A DNA stretch of 64,000 bases from Octopus vulgaris (GCA_951406725.2 OX597825.1:84382001-84446000); one strand, 5' to 3'; positions 1-13,071 are shown, numbered from the stretch's first letter. The notes: a model not told the origin generated them from the sequence alone. Numbers and translations are program-made.

Positions 1-130
1 GATGTGTGCGTATCTCTCTCCCTCTAAATATATACATATATATGTGTGTGCGTGTAGGCGTGTATGTGTGTGTGTTTGTATCTCTCTCTCTCTCTCTTAG
101 TCTTTATATATACGTGTGTGTGTGTGCCCG

Positions 131-173
<43 letters not shown>

Positions 174-718
174 CCGTAGGTGTGTATGTGTGTGTGTGCA
201 TGAGTATATATGTAAGTATATAATACACAGGAAACTAAATATATAATTCTACATAATTAGAATATAAATGGATGCTTTATATCGATTATGTATATACATC
301 TTTCATTAACTTAATGAAGATTTATAATCTATATCAGATTATATATAGATATACGCAAAAACAGCCGCATCCACACACACACACACAAACACACTCACAC
401 ATACTCACACACACACAACTATACATACACACAACTATACATACACACATTCATAATAGAAGTCACGATTCCTCTGTTAATACTATCGTACACGATTTCT
501 ATGCATACATATATTTATGGAAGCCACGCTGCGCTGCTAATTCTGTTTCTTATTCCCGACCAATCACAGCGTGTTTATATTTTCGAGATGAAACTGTAGA
601 CTTCTACATCGCAGCAGTCCGTGCACACTCTGCCAGTTAAGTGGTCTTTGACAAGTTTCTAAGGAGAGGCCAAAACTGGCTGTTTGCACTGTCACTTATA
701 GTCGCTGTAGCCACCGGA

Positions 719-809
<91 letters not shown>

Positions 810-833
810 GTGTTTATCTCTATCTATTTATCT
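719..833. repeat. (TATC)n microsatellite directly upstream of LINE copy 1
   Basis: Pure TATC run 719-808, then degenerate up to the LINE junction. Confidence 0.95.
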
Positions 834-834
834 A

Positions 835-2220
835 AAATGGGCGGTAGAGGCACGGCGGTACTTTTTCGCAAGAGACTGGAACTCGAAGTAAAGACAATAT
901 TTGTAAACCCGGACGGTAGACTGGTCGTCCTGGATGTCTACGGCAGCAATGGGTGCGCTTTTCGACTCGTATCAGTCAACAGGTTGGCCGGATTTCTTTC
1001 GACGTCTAGAAGTTTTCCTAGGAACGTCTCATCTCTTACATAATGGGGGATTGGAATGCTACCTTGGACACACATGCAGATTACGTGGGCAGAGATAGGA
1101 ATAGACGGGGAGCCATCATCAACAAAAATTGTGGTTTGACCTCAAGAGAGCAATAAAAGCAGAAGCCATTAGATATAGCAAAGCATTAGCCATTGATAGA
1201 AACACAGTAGTGAACGAGCTAGTTAAGAAGATAGAAGAGGTGATTAGAAGTGACATCGTATGCAGCGTTTTGACGGCCAGGTTGGCCTTCGACCAACACT
1301 TCAACGCCAAACACGAAGGGTGTGTTGTCAAAGCCTAATGGAACGAAGGTGTTGGACCGTGCGAGAGGTCCGAGGTGGAGGAGGCGCAATAGGGCAACGA
1401 TGCCATCATTTGGTCTGTAGTAGATGAACAGGGGTGCGAATTAATCGAGTCAAGTAAAATCTGACCTTAGATCCACTACTGCGGAAGCTGGCAACGCTGA
1501 GGAGCATCCCGCGAGAACTGGGGTGCGGGACGAGCGTGTCCGCATACGAGGACGACGTCACCGTCATAGTGTCTAGCCACGAGCATATCGAGCTGGTCGA
1601 CGAGACACTAAAAGACTACGATACAGTAACAGAAGCGAAGATCAACCGGGAAAAGTTAGTGGGCTTGCGGCTCGGCGCCTGAAGAAGCAAGCTCATGCCA
1701 TCCACCAGCGCCTCCGTCGGTCCGGTCGAGTTGCTCGGGGTCTAGTTTGATCCGGACCTCCAAACGGAGAAGAACTGGAACGAGATAACGAGCAGGGTGG
1801 TCACTCTTGCACACCAATGGGCCGAGAGGAAACTGTTCCTAAAAGTTAGGGCGGCGGTGGAGAAAATGTTCATCGCGTTGACCAACTTGCCTTGTCCTGA
1901 TCCTTCCATCACCAAACTAGAACGTATTCTCTTCCGCTTCTTGGGGAAAGGATGCATTACGATTATCAGGCGATCCGTTTGCTGCCAACACCCGTTAAAA
2001 GGAGGGGTGGGCACGCCGTCGTTGATGATGGCTTGGCAGTGCTACCGAGAAGCGCTAACTGTTCGGGATAAGCTCTACAGGCATGGCTCGAGAAACACGG
2101 GGCCGACCTTCCCCGGATGTGATGAGTGCGATGAAACCGTTCTGCATGCACGCGTACGGTGCCGAACAATTTCCAACCTATAGGCCTAGGCCTAACAACT
2201 GCTATCGGGTGCGGGATGAG
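835..2220 (+). mobile_element. Decayed, internally deleted L1/Tx1-type non-LTR retrotransposon (ORF2 remnants: APE endonuclease, RT, C-terminal zinc finger)
   Basis: 835-1460 aligns by eye to 62849-63838 of the second copy ([37 protein letters not shown]). RT motif SAYEDDVTV (degenerate YADD) at ~1540-1565 is followed by AKINREK and LLGVxF. Post-RT ILFRFLGKG..KGGVGTPSL and zf-RVT-like GCDECDETVLHARVRC at ~2115-2165. Multiple frameshifts and stops. Confidence 0.92.
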
Positions 2221-2473
2221 TCTAGCTGGCTAGCTATTTGTCTATCATTATGTCTGTTTGTCACTGTGTCTACCGCTCTGTCTGTCTGTCTGTTTGTCTG
2301 TTTGTCTGTATATATGTTTATCTATCACTCTTTTTTCTCTGTGTATTCTGTGTATATATGGGTATGTGTATGTGTGTCATCGGATGCTTCTGCGCACGCG
2401 GTCGAGCGCATGTGCGTCTGTATACACAGAAAATACAGAGAAAGATAGATAGGTAGGTAGATAGGTAGCTAAC

Positions 2474-2527
<54 letters not shown>

Positions 2528-2623
2528 ATTTGAATTAGAGATAAAACCACTATTAGGCAACACAAACACTGATAGACCTAAACCGATACATAAATAACAA
2601 ATAATATAAATATAATTAATATA

Positions 2624-2661
<38 letters not shown>

Positions 2662-2772
2662 TAAAATTTAAATTTAAAACAAAATATATTTTAATTTTTA
2701 ATTTTAATTTTTATTTTATTTTTTTAGCCAAAAGTATAAAAAGAATGATAAATATAATATAAGTAAATAATA

Positions 2773-2823
<51 letters not shown>

Positions 2824-2844
2824 TATATACACATATGTGTGTAT

Positions 2845-2914
<70 letters not shown>

Positions 2915-3071
2915 GTGGCATTCATTGTTCCTTAACTTGAAAATACACTCATTTTATTGAAGATTATTGAAGTATAATGGATGAAGGGGGGAGAGAGATT
3001 ATCCCCTCGTTTCTAGAATATGTCTTCTTACTTCCACCCTATTGTCAACAGTCTTCTCTCTCATTTTCTAG

Positions 3072-3295
3072 GCCGGAAGTGGATTTCCAGGATCGTTATG
3101 ACGTCACACAAAATACCTACAATATTTGTTGCAGCCTTATATGTTCGAAGGTCAACTATTACCCAAGTGAATTCGACCATTGCGGAACAATGTTTTGATA
3201 TGTCGATATCGTGCCCACCGATGATGGAAGAGGCAGAGAAAGCACTGTTTTCTGATTGGCAGAAAATTCTGAAAATTCTGAAAGTTTCAACACCT
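3072..3295 (+). CDS. Putative internal exon, open (RKWISRIVMTSHKIPTIFVAALYV...LFSDWQKILKILKVSTP)
   Basis: Acceptor ctctctcattttctag| (phase 1), donor CCT|gtaata (phase 0), no stop; part of ORF 3020-3328. Confidence 0.5.
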
Positions 3296-3450
3296 GTAAT
3301 ATTTTTGCTAATTTTTTTTCTGCAATAAATGAATAAGAAATTTGGATTCAGCTTCAAAAATTACATCTATATGATACATAATAAAAAGTTTTTCAAATAC
3401 TTGTAAACAGTGATGAAAACCACAAATATCCGAAGATGTCATATTTATAT

Positions 3451-3590
3451 ATGTGTGTGTGGGGGCGTGTGTGTGTGTGTGGGGGGGGGCGTGTGTGTGT
3501 GTGTGGGGGGGGGCGTGTGTGTGTGTGGGGAAGCGTGTGTGTGTGTGTATGGGCGTGTGTGTGTGTGTGTGGGGGGGCGTGTGTGTGGAT
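3451..3590. repeat. (GT)n / G-run compound minisatellite
   Basis: About five units of gtgtgtgtgtggggg(gggg)c. Confidence 0.85.
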
Positions 3591-3737
3591 GCGCAATGGA
3601 AATCGAGATATGAGATGTGGCTGGTTCTTGGTTTTTACAAATAGTCAATAAGTTTTTTGGTGTTCCGTATGTTTAAACTTTATCTCCTCTTTAATCATTA
3701 CAGAATTCGTTTTATCTTCCTCTAAGTTGTTCGATAG

Positions 3738-3855
3738 ACACATCATGTTACCGTGATTCGAAGAACTAAGAATTTCAAGCATTTTCGGGCAGATGTGAGC
3801 CTCGACATGAAGGAGCTTCGAAAATATGTCCAATGTTTCATAAACAGTACACACG
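3738..3855 (+). CDS. Putative internal exon, open (THHVTVIRRTKNFKHFRADVSLDMKELRKYVQCFINSTH)
   Basis: Acceptor ttcgatag| (phase 0, matches previous donor), donor ACG|gtaact (phase 1), 39 codons plus 1 nt. Confidence 0.5.
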
Positions 3856-3972
3856 GTAACTAAAGGATGAAAGTTATAGATTATATCACTATAGATGGGA
3901 AAACTGAGAGACAGACAGAGAGAGAGTTCGAGGGGTAGATAGACAGATAGATAGATAAATAGATAGATAGAC

Positions 3973-4005
<33 letters not shown>

Positions 4006-4022
4006 TATATATATATATATAT

Positions 4023-4079
<57 letters not shown>

Positions 4080-5304
4080 CACACTGAGAGACAGACAGAT
4101 AGATAGATAGATAGATATATAGCTAGATAAATAGATAGATAAATCAATATATAGATAGATAGAAAGACACAAAGAAAGATATATGGGTAGACATGCAGGT
4201 AGTTATAGACAGGCAGGTAGTTATAGAATGATAGAAAGAGAGTGGAAGGGAGGGGAAGGGTGGGAGGGAGGGAGGGACAAGGGAAGAAACCGTGAATAAC
4301 ATGGAAGCGCAATGTTAATTTAACTGGAATTGTATGAATATTTTGTTAATGTATCTCCGAATTGAATAAATGAAATGTTATGGGAATGAATAACTAAATC
4401 TAACACCAGAAACAGGTCTGTGTTAGTAGTATGATGTGAAACAAGAAAACCGGACGTAAATACAGTTTTATAGCAGCCTCTAGGCTTCGATCTATCATCA
4501 ATTCATGTTATTGTATGATTTTTGCAGATCAATCTTCTTGTGTATAAGCGTGCATATAATGAACGAACGGGTATATATGCATGTTTGTGTGCGAATATTT
4601 ACGTACGTGTCTGTTTGTGATGCATGTATGGCGGTTTATGCGAGTTTGCGTCTTGTGTTGCGCATGTTTATAACTGTTACAACTCAAAGCAATTTCACAC
4701 CCTAAGAGAATTGAAAAATTATGCAATAATCAGTTGGCCTTGCTAACATTTGGCTGCCGTATTACGAAAATCTAATTAATAATACGTAAAAGACTCGAAA
4801 TACAAAGAATCTATATCTGTCAGAGCGAGAAATTCAACAGTTTCACTTTCAAGCCGATATGCAAAGAACAGCATTGGAATGTTTCATGCATATTAATTTC
4901 AGAACGAACCGAAAATAATCTGCTAACAAGAAGACTCACACCTTCCTTCACTAAAACCTTGACTTAACCTTGATATTCAATATTTTATGGTTGGCTAAAT
5001 CCTGCAAGAATCAAACCAGAAGACTGCAAGTATGTTTTTACTTTATTTCTCTGCAAGATTATCCGCCAACTTGTTCATCTTTGCCAAGTTGGATCTTTTA
5101 ATGTTCTTACGTCAGTTTGCAAATGTAATTTAATTAGTTCGTCTTTTGTTTTGTTTATTAAACCGAAGAACGAGTAATAACTACAGTCGGATATCAACAA
5201 TAATGGATTAATAATAATACACTAATGCCTCTTTTATTTAATTTTCACATTAACTACACTTTATCAGTTTCAGGAATTTCTTTTTAATTTTTGTTTTATA
5301 AAAG

Positions 5305-5441
5305 CGTTGTGGAGAGAAGAAAATCTAAGATACCTGACGAGAGCATTTAACTCTGTGGTAGATGATCTAGATGATCGTGGTGGAATTAATATCACTGAAA
5401 TTGAAAGATGATTTCATGCTATTTATAATAAACAAAGTGGA
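5305..5441 (+). CDS. Putative exon with EF-hand-like motif (LTRAF..DLDDRGGINITE), TGA at 5409-5411
   Basis: Acceptor ttttgttttataaaag| (phase 1). Either terminal (TGA plus AATAAA at 5427-5432) or an internal exon with a nonsense codon ending at GGA|gtaaga (5441). Confidence 0.45.
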
Positions 5442-6144
5442 GTAAGATAAAATATAACCTAAGCTCTTTAATTTTTCAACATGGCTGCCGCTACTTCTTT
5501 TCAACAGTTACTCTAATAATAATGTGACGACCACAAATTCAAATTCCCTTCTCGTATCCTACCGTAATCTTCTGTGAATGTAAATGATTTAATTTATAAA
5601 AGAAAATGCCCGTCACTATAGTACAACGGTAATTCCTCAGAAATAAAGTGTTTATCACTAGATTTTGATTCCAGTTTGGAAAATGTTTCACTTCGATTTG
5701 TGACTTACGTTGCGAAAGTCATAAACCTTAGAACGTTAATCAATCTCAACTATTATTGTGAAGTATTATATAACTATATAGACACAATTATATTACAATA
5801 TATTCTCGATAGAAAAGTTATTCAGATTTAACTGCGATCCTCAAATCGCGATCAAAAGAAATTCCACGTTTTAGACAAGTTTACCAATTCAAGTTAGATT
5901 CTCTTATACTTTAGGAGCTGGCAAAATTACAGGAATATTCCAGGCTTGAAGTATATAATAGAAAATATCCGATAAACTATTTGAAATACGGTTAAGTTCA
6001 TATTTAGCTTCCTGTGTCTTTTTATTAACAAATATTACTGTAACGTCTGCGAGAATGCTTCTTAACGTTTGGCTAGTTTTGATTCCTTAGAGTCTATACT
6101 TCGTTCTGCTTGCCTCACTTTGCCATTAACTTCCTCTAAAATCT

Positions 6145-6325
6145 TTCTCTAAGCGGTCGCTCGACCTGCTAGAAATATCAACCTAATATTCCTAAAATTA
6201 ATCCTTATCTTTATTTTTTTTAAATATCAGTTCAGGTAGTCCTGGTTAAAAATAGACAAGTCGCAGCTGGAGCAACACTGAGCAATGGTCAATTTGAGCC
6301 AACCTACAATTAAACAACAATGACA
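6145..6325 (+). mobile_element. SINE-like family C copy (..ctgctagaaatagcagccaaat..taaacaacaac type)
   Basis: Shares motifs with related copies at ~9440-9650(+), 21290-21510(-), 29990-30190(-), 45480-45690(+), 45865-46240(-), 52040-52120(-), 53375-53765(+), 55235-55490(-). Confidence 0.6.
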
Positions 6326-7728
6326 GTTCTAGATTATATGGACATATATTTAATGGTTACAATGGTGGTTTACGCCTATGGAGGTAATAGGTGCTAACGT
6401 TATAAATATGTTCTGTTCTTCAGCTCTTCTTTAGTTTGTTTAATCTAGACATTACTGGGGAGTCAGTTGCAACGAAATCGTTAGGTGAAATGAGTTCGAA
6501 CTAGATTCGAAACTGAGATAGTGGCCGTTTGATATGAAGTTGTGTATTGCTTGCCTCAACATTATGTATTATACTGGCCACTATAATGCAATATTAAGAT
6601 TATATCAACATCATTCTCTGCAGAAAGAAAACAAAAACAAACTCACAAACAAACAAAAATAATAAACTTATAATAGAGAATATTCAACAAAATTACCGTC
6701 TAATGTATTGATTTTCTGTGTTTCGAAAAGTAGTTTTTGTTATTTTATAAATTCTTGTAGTGAAACAGGCCAAACGGAAGACATAGCTCCAAAGAAAGAT
6801 ACGGATCAATAAAAGACACCAAACAGACAGGCTTGGTAACATGACAAAAGATATACAACTGTAAAACATTTCTTACGGATATACCAAGTATTGATCTCTT
6901 TCTTAGACACAAAAACACCACGTGTAAGGGAGGTGGCTGCATAAACCGAATGAATCAATCGGAATATTATTGGTACTTGATACATCGAAGCCGAATAAAT
7001 ATCAGAAATAGGCCTTTCGAAGTTAGGTTTAGAAAACAACAAAAAAAAAAAACTAAACGATTTTAGTAAAGACGCTGACACTGGGGGTTGTAGGAGATGA
7101 GACATGGTTGGAACCACGAACCTCCATTCGTTCTCTCAGACTCAAGGAGTTGATAGGGTTGATGTCCATTCTGAACATTTACATATCTACTATCTGATGG
7201 AATACCATGGGTAAGGAGAAAACCAAAGCAGTTATACGCCTTAAAAATTCATTTACTAAAAAGCATTTCCTTCATACGAATAAATCTCAATAAATGAATA
7301 GTAAAAGCTGTATAATCCCCCATCCTTCCTTATTATGTCTCCATAGTATGTTTTGTATTCTACATGAAATCCTTCGAGCGAAGACGGGATTTACAACTCG
7401 AAGGAAGCAGAGTTTAAGTGTCTTTTCTAAATAATTCAAAATGTTTCCTATCATTCGATATGGTGATGAGAAAAATCTGAATTTTATCAGAGTGTTCGTA
7501 TGGTATCTGCCCGAATTTAAAATCCCTACTCTTTTACGTATTATATATATATACGTTTAAATATTTGATGTGCAAGATTTTTTATGTGAAGTCGTGTGTT
7601 GAAACAGATATTGTTATATTTCGGAATGGTCATATTGCCAGTTTAACCAATAAAAACACACGCACTATATATTTGGTGTTATTTTGCTTCAGTGTTATTT
7701 ATTTTTTACATCAATCTTAATCTTATTT

Positions 7729-7775
7729 CGGCCAGAGTTCTTTCGTCACACTCCGGTGACCGCATCAGTGGTCCT
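7729..7775 (-). ncRNA. Minimal type I hammerhead ribozyme variant inside a dispersed repeat (~7550-7830)
   Basis: Minus strand reads cca CTGATGC g GTCAC cggagt GTGAC GAAA GAA CTC tgg: stem I cca/tgg, 5-bp stem II, 2-bp stem III; core position A9 is C. Confidence 0.55.
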
Positions 7776-7891
7776 TTGTTTTCTTCTTTCTTATTTGTGT
7801 CTCTCCTTATTAACCGTCAGCCATTTTGTATATAGAGAGAGAGGGGGGAGAGAGATATCATCCGAAGTGCATAGTATTAAATATCCATCAC

Positions 7892-7971
7892 GGCCACTCT
7901 TACCAATTGGTTTCCAGTAAAGAATACAATGGAGTGTTAAGTAACAAACTTTACGCTCATTAGAATTAGCC
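7892..7971 (-). ncRNA. Degenerate type I hammerhead-like motif
   Basis: Minus strand reads ggctaatt CTAATGA gc GTAAAG..CTTTAC tg GAAAC CAATTG GTA agagtggcc; palindromic stem III; G5>A core change. Confidence 0.5.
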
Positions 7972-8039
7972 AATATGGAAGTATAAATACACACACACAC
8001 ACACATGTATGTATGTATGTATGTATGTATGTATGTATG

Positions 8040-8310
8040 TGCGTGCGTGTGTGTGCGTGTATGTGTCTGTGTGTGCGCGCATGCGTGTGTTTGTGTTTGT
8101 GTGTGTGCGCCTGTATCTGTATTTGTTTCTCTCTCCTAATGCTTGCCAGCCGCTGTCCCTTCAATAAGCGGTTCGGCAAAAGAGAACGATAGAATAAGTA
8201 CTTGGCTTTGAAAAAAAAAAAAAGAAATATTTTCTGGACTTGATTCGTTTGACTAGAATCCTCCTGGGCCATGTCCCAGCGTGGCCGCAGTTTAACGACT
8301 GTGGATAGCA
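8040..8310 (+). mobile_element. 3' half of tRNA-derived SINE family B
   Basis: agcggttcggcaaaagag..gatagaataagtact..cccagcgtggccgcagtt..gactg matches the 3' part of 12945-13350. Confidence 0.65.
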
Positions 8311-8411
8311 AGAGTTAAAAAAAGGTGAAAGAAGGACAATGGAGTTGAGTGGTTCACATAAGACCAGAATCTTGCTGTATCCTTGAATTTTTAATTACAA
8401 CTAGATTTCTT

Positions 8412-8447
<36 letters not shown>

Positions 8448-10424
8448 TCTCTCGCAGCAGGTAGATATTCAATATCTTATGTTACGGCTCTTGGTTGCGA
8501 ACAGCTGGAGAACTTTATATCTGTGGATTGTTTCAACACTCACATTGATGAGTCCAACCCCTTTTGTGCTGTCAATTCAAGCTTCAACTTCAATGTAGAT
8601 GAGAAGTGGACCTTTCTAAAACCAAAAAGCTTTATCCCCCATTGATGGATACTTCTGATTAAGAGATGCAACTTTATTGACTTATTTATTCCTAGCCTGT
8701 CGGATGAAGTCGTCAAAGCACTCTTTCAAACCGGATGCGAATCCAGATTCGAATCCGAAAGTACAGACTCGATTCAACCAGGAAGAACCAAATGAAACAC
8801 AAGAAACAGCGTCGTCCTGAATATTTCTCTCGTTAAAGCTGCTGTCTAAATAAGGGTATAAACTCACTGAAATGATGTTTGTATGTTTTTTTATGCATCT
8901 AGTTAAACATTTCTATTAACCCAAATGAAATTAGATAAAGTGCAACATGCCGCAAGCTTTGCGAGTTGCGGTTGTTTGTGATTAGAGAAGTAAATAGACC
9001 AGGTGTCGTAGACAAAGGCTTTTGTTGATTGGATATGGTTTATTTTGTTCTGGAAATTACAATAATGAACTTCCCCGTTCTGTATGGAGAGACAAAAACA
9101 AAATCCTTGTTATTTTGTGAAGTGAAGAAGAATGTTTTGTTTGTTTTCTTATTTAGAATGGAAAATTGAAAAAACCAGTTCTACCTAAACTGGTTTAAAA
9201 TAGAGTCAATGATTAAAAAGTACAGTAAACTAATTTGAACAAATTTCAACAACAACTTCCATCTCATACCAACACCGCCCCCCGCACACTAACACCAGCA
9301 CCAGCCCAAGCCCCACCACGACCTTTGCAACTACCAGTACCACCACCAGCACCACTGCTGCTGCTGCTGCTACTATTAATGTACTACTACTATAGTATAG
9401 AACAATAGAACAAATGAACCATTGACGAAACACCCACGCATTCGGTTGTTTGTGTAGAAAAAGCTACCAAATATTCCTCTAGCGTCACGCTAATGTCTTG
9501 CAAAATACAGGACATATATAGTCTAGGGTGGGAACTACACTGTCCGAAACAAATATGAGGGAGGCCAAGTCAAAGATTTGAATGTATTTCGACGCAGGTC
9601 AGCTAAAACAGGACTGACGTGCGGCTGAATAACAACAGCAGCAACAACTGTGAAAAGAAAAAGAACAAATGAAAGAGCATACACTGATTTATTATCAATG
9701 AGACACTGAGTGTAAACAATTCAATGGGGCGGGGAGATAAGAAGAAATATCATTTTCCCAAATTAACTGAAATTATCAGAGGCTTGAATGAGGCGAAGAA
9801 GAATTCGGCTGAGGAATGAAACAGCATCATAGCCTCGGCTTGGTACTAACTTATCTTGTATTCTACATGGAAGAAATATAGATTTGGTTTCTTCTGGTTA
9901 ACGCTAAACTAATTAGAACGATAAAACTGTAATTGATTGATTTAAAAGTAATATGCTATTACTTGTCTATATTTTATCGATTCTTCTTGAGAAGGAAAAC
10001 GAAGTTAACCCAAGCGTAGGGACAACACAAAATTATTGAACTGATGGAGTTTACTGTTTGCCCTATGTAGGTCTCTGCCAGAAATTAGGTCTCTCAACAC
10101 ACGCAGAGTTATCAAGGACTTTAAGGAAATATAATCTTTATTAAGCTTAGGATATCGATCTTAATTCCTTCTCCTTCCTCCTCTGTCACTCCTTCGCCAT
10201 TTGATTATCCACTTCTATTTCCCAGCGTTTCCTTTTACCACTATACACCAGCACCACCAGCATCAGCAGTAGCAACAAGGCCACCACCAACACCACCACT
10301 ACCACCACCAACAACAACAACAACAACAGCAACACCACCACCATCACCACCACCACCACTAACATTGCCGCTAAAATGATTTACAGGAAGCAGTGCAGAA
10401 ATATATACTACTACTACTATATAT

Positions 10425-10490
<66 letters not shown>

Positions 10491-10560
10491 ATATATATAT
10501 ATATATGATTGATTGATTCTAGTTTCAGCTTATAAGCCGTGTTCTAAATGCCATTTACAG

Positions 10561-10635
<75 letters not shown>

Positions 10636-10736
10636 GTATATATGTGTGCAGGCAGTAAACCGTTTTAATATTTATATGGAACTATTAAAAAGTGGATATA
10701 AAATACAGAATAAAGAGACACACAGACATATAAATG

Positions 10737-10790
<54 letters not shown>

Positions 10791-12944
10791 TATATGTATG
10801 TATGTATACATGTATACATGTATATATAGAACAAATATGCTCATTTATCAAAGTGTCCCAGTGGAATGAAAGACGCCAACTCTTCCAACTGGCTTCCAAT
10901 ACTTGGACATGAACTTCATGCTATCAAATGCATCCGCAAGTAATTATTCATTCATTTACTTATTTAGTTTTTTTTGTTTGCCGAATCTTGAAGGGCTTAC
11001 ATCCTCTAGAGAACAGTCTTTCTTATATATATACACAGATAGAATCCAAGGCCGTCTTTAGTAAAAAGTATATTCTTCAAAATATTCTGTTATTTGTACA
11101 TCTAACTCGCCATTCATCAACATATTTTATCGTTTTCATATAGCGAATACATCAACTGAACATTCCGTAGCATTTTTCGAAACCGTTTTGAAGTTGAGCG
11201 CCTCAGTTGGAGCTCTTCCTCTATCCTATAAACTTTTTGCTTCGGTACACACTTCTCTCATTTTTAAAAAATTTCCTTTATTTCCCTCAAATGTCTTGCG
11301 TCTTTTCCATCCCCGATTTCTTTTCCATCGTTGCAAACCATCGGAATGGCCCACCAGGAAAGGGCTTCCGTCGTTGTTAGCTTTCTGGAATAAAGACTAA
11401 ACGAATTTTCCGAACATTTTCATACCTTAAACTATTAAATCATCGGATTGGATTGGTAACCCCTGGTTTCTGCTTTCACTATCATTATGGGTTTTCTTGA
11501 TTCCCGCTGCATTAAGTCTTTAACTTAATTTCTAGCTCCTCAGAGAACAAAGTTCTTCGAGTCACACGTGTAATTGTTGCGTTTGCCACCTGACACTATT
11601 ACCCGTAAAGCCTTTTCTCCTGGTAACTGCTGTATACACAATTATAGAATCATGTTTGTGGAATTGCTGGGTAGCCAGGATGTAATCTTCATACAAATTC
11701 TCCAAGATCGCATCCGGTTGATGGACCCGTAAAGGCTGAACACATTATCAATATGTGCTACGAACCTAACAACGGTTAACGTTGTTTTCAATGTCTTTCA
11801 CCTCAATTCTTCTGCTTCGTTTTCCCGTATACAGAAGAACCAGCCTATATACAGACGTCTGTCATGTCTCCTCGTTTCTCTCTCACTATTAAGCACAGTA
11901 AATACATATCACTTGCTAGTAGGGATGCCGTATTTCATTTGACAACCATAATATGCAATCAAGTATTTTAAAGGTTTATAATTCAATGCTGTGTCCTAGC
12001 TTTTGTGTGATTCGATCACTTTCAAGTTATCTCTACGGATATTATATAGACTTTAGAACCCAGCACTGAAAGTCACGATGGTTCGAATTCGAAAGTAAAA
12101 GTTGACACAGACTTATTCGTGTACGAAACCTAACGTTTAGTTCTGGCTCTAAACTCTATAGAGTATCTATAGATATAACTTTAAAATTAACTGTAAATAC
12201 AATACAATACACCACAACGTGCCATTCCTATATAACATGTCTCATTCTCTGTATCACAAAGGTTATCTGTGGCTTTTCTTTTAATGGTAAAAACAAAATC
12301 TATTTTTGCTTTTTGAGAATACACCAATTCGTCACTTTCCCTCTCCGTCGTACTTTTGTGATGGCCCGAGGAGAAGAAACAGTTGTTTTTGAACATATTG
12401 TGTTCGCATGCTTTTCTTTCAATTAGATAGTCCATATTTAAAATTCTCTTGAGAGAGGCAACTCTGGTAAGGGAAGAGGTCGCATCATGCCCTCGCTGAT
12501 GACATTAAAACTTTTAGAAATATTTTTGTTTGGCAAAATGTTTTTGCAAGTATTGATATTATTGATGGTTTCAAGAAAAGTACCTGAATTTTTCATATTA
12601 ATGCTATTGTTTGTAGAAATATAAGTATTTGTTTTTCGTAAAATGTGTTGGTGTTTTGCACTAAACTTTTCTTGCTTGTGTTTTTTCCATGCTTGCTTCC
12701 CCAGATGTAATTGCATTCATTTCCATTTTTCCCCTTAATTTGTGTGAGAGGTCGTTTGCTATTTGCCTCTCAGCGATTTCTATCGAAAGAAAACAGGAAG
12801 AAAATATTATGTTAAAAACTGTCTTTGTTTTGCTTCTAAAAACGAGAAAAACACAAAAGAAAACCTCTCACCTTTCTGTTTATAGACCCAGGAGACAACA
12901 GACACACACACAAACATTTTTCTACGAGGAAAATTTCAACAAAT

Positions 12945-13071
12945 AACGCAGGCCTTCTCAACCACATGGTTCTGGGTTCAGTCCCAGTGTGTGATACTTT
13001 GGCAAAGTGTCTTGTACTCTTGCCGACCAAAGTCTTGTTAGTATTTATTTGGCCGAATGTGAAACTGGCCA

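Larger units (their letters stand above)
570..8795 (+). pseudogene. Putative decayed multi-exon protein-coding gene (unidentified; one segment EF-hand-like)
   Basis: Non-repetitive segments with AG acceptors and mostly GT donors: 570-635, 3072-3295, 3738-3855, 4903-5029, 5305-5441, 6761-6923, 7140-7210, 8461-8795. Phases match for 570/3072/3738/5305. Later segments carry in-frame TGA/TAA and some phases do not join. No homolog recognised. Confidence 0.45.

Noticed and set aside
3738-3855. Schlafen/AlbA_2-like FK..LRKYVQCFINSTHG similarity
   Set aside because: No downstream exon with the expected G.L.IGV.D motif was found; probably coincidental
11040-11930. Possible minus-strand RTE endonuclease relic (LENLYEDYILATQQFHKHDSIIV)
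   Set aside because: Too degenerate; catalytic motifs are not recoverable by eye
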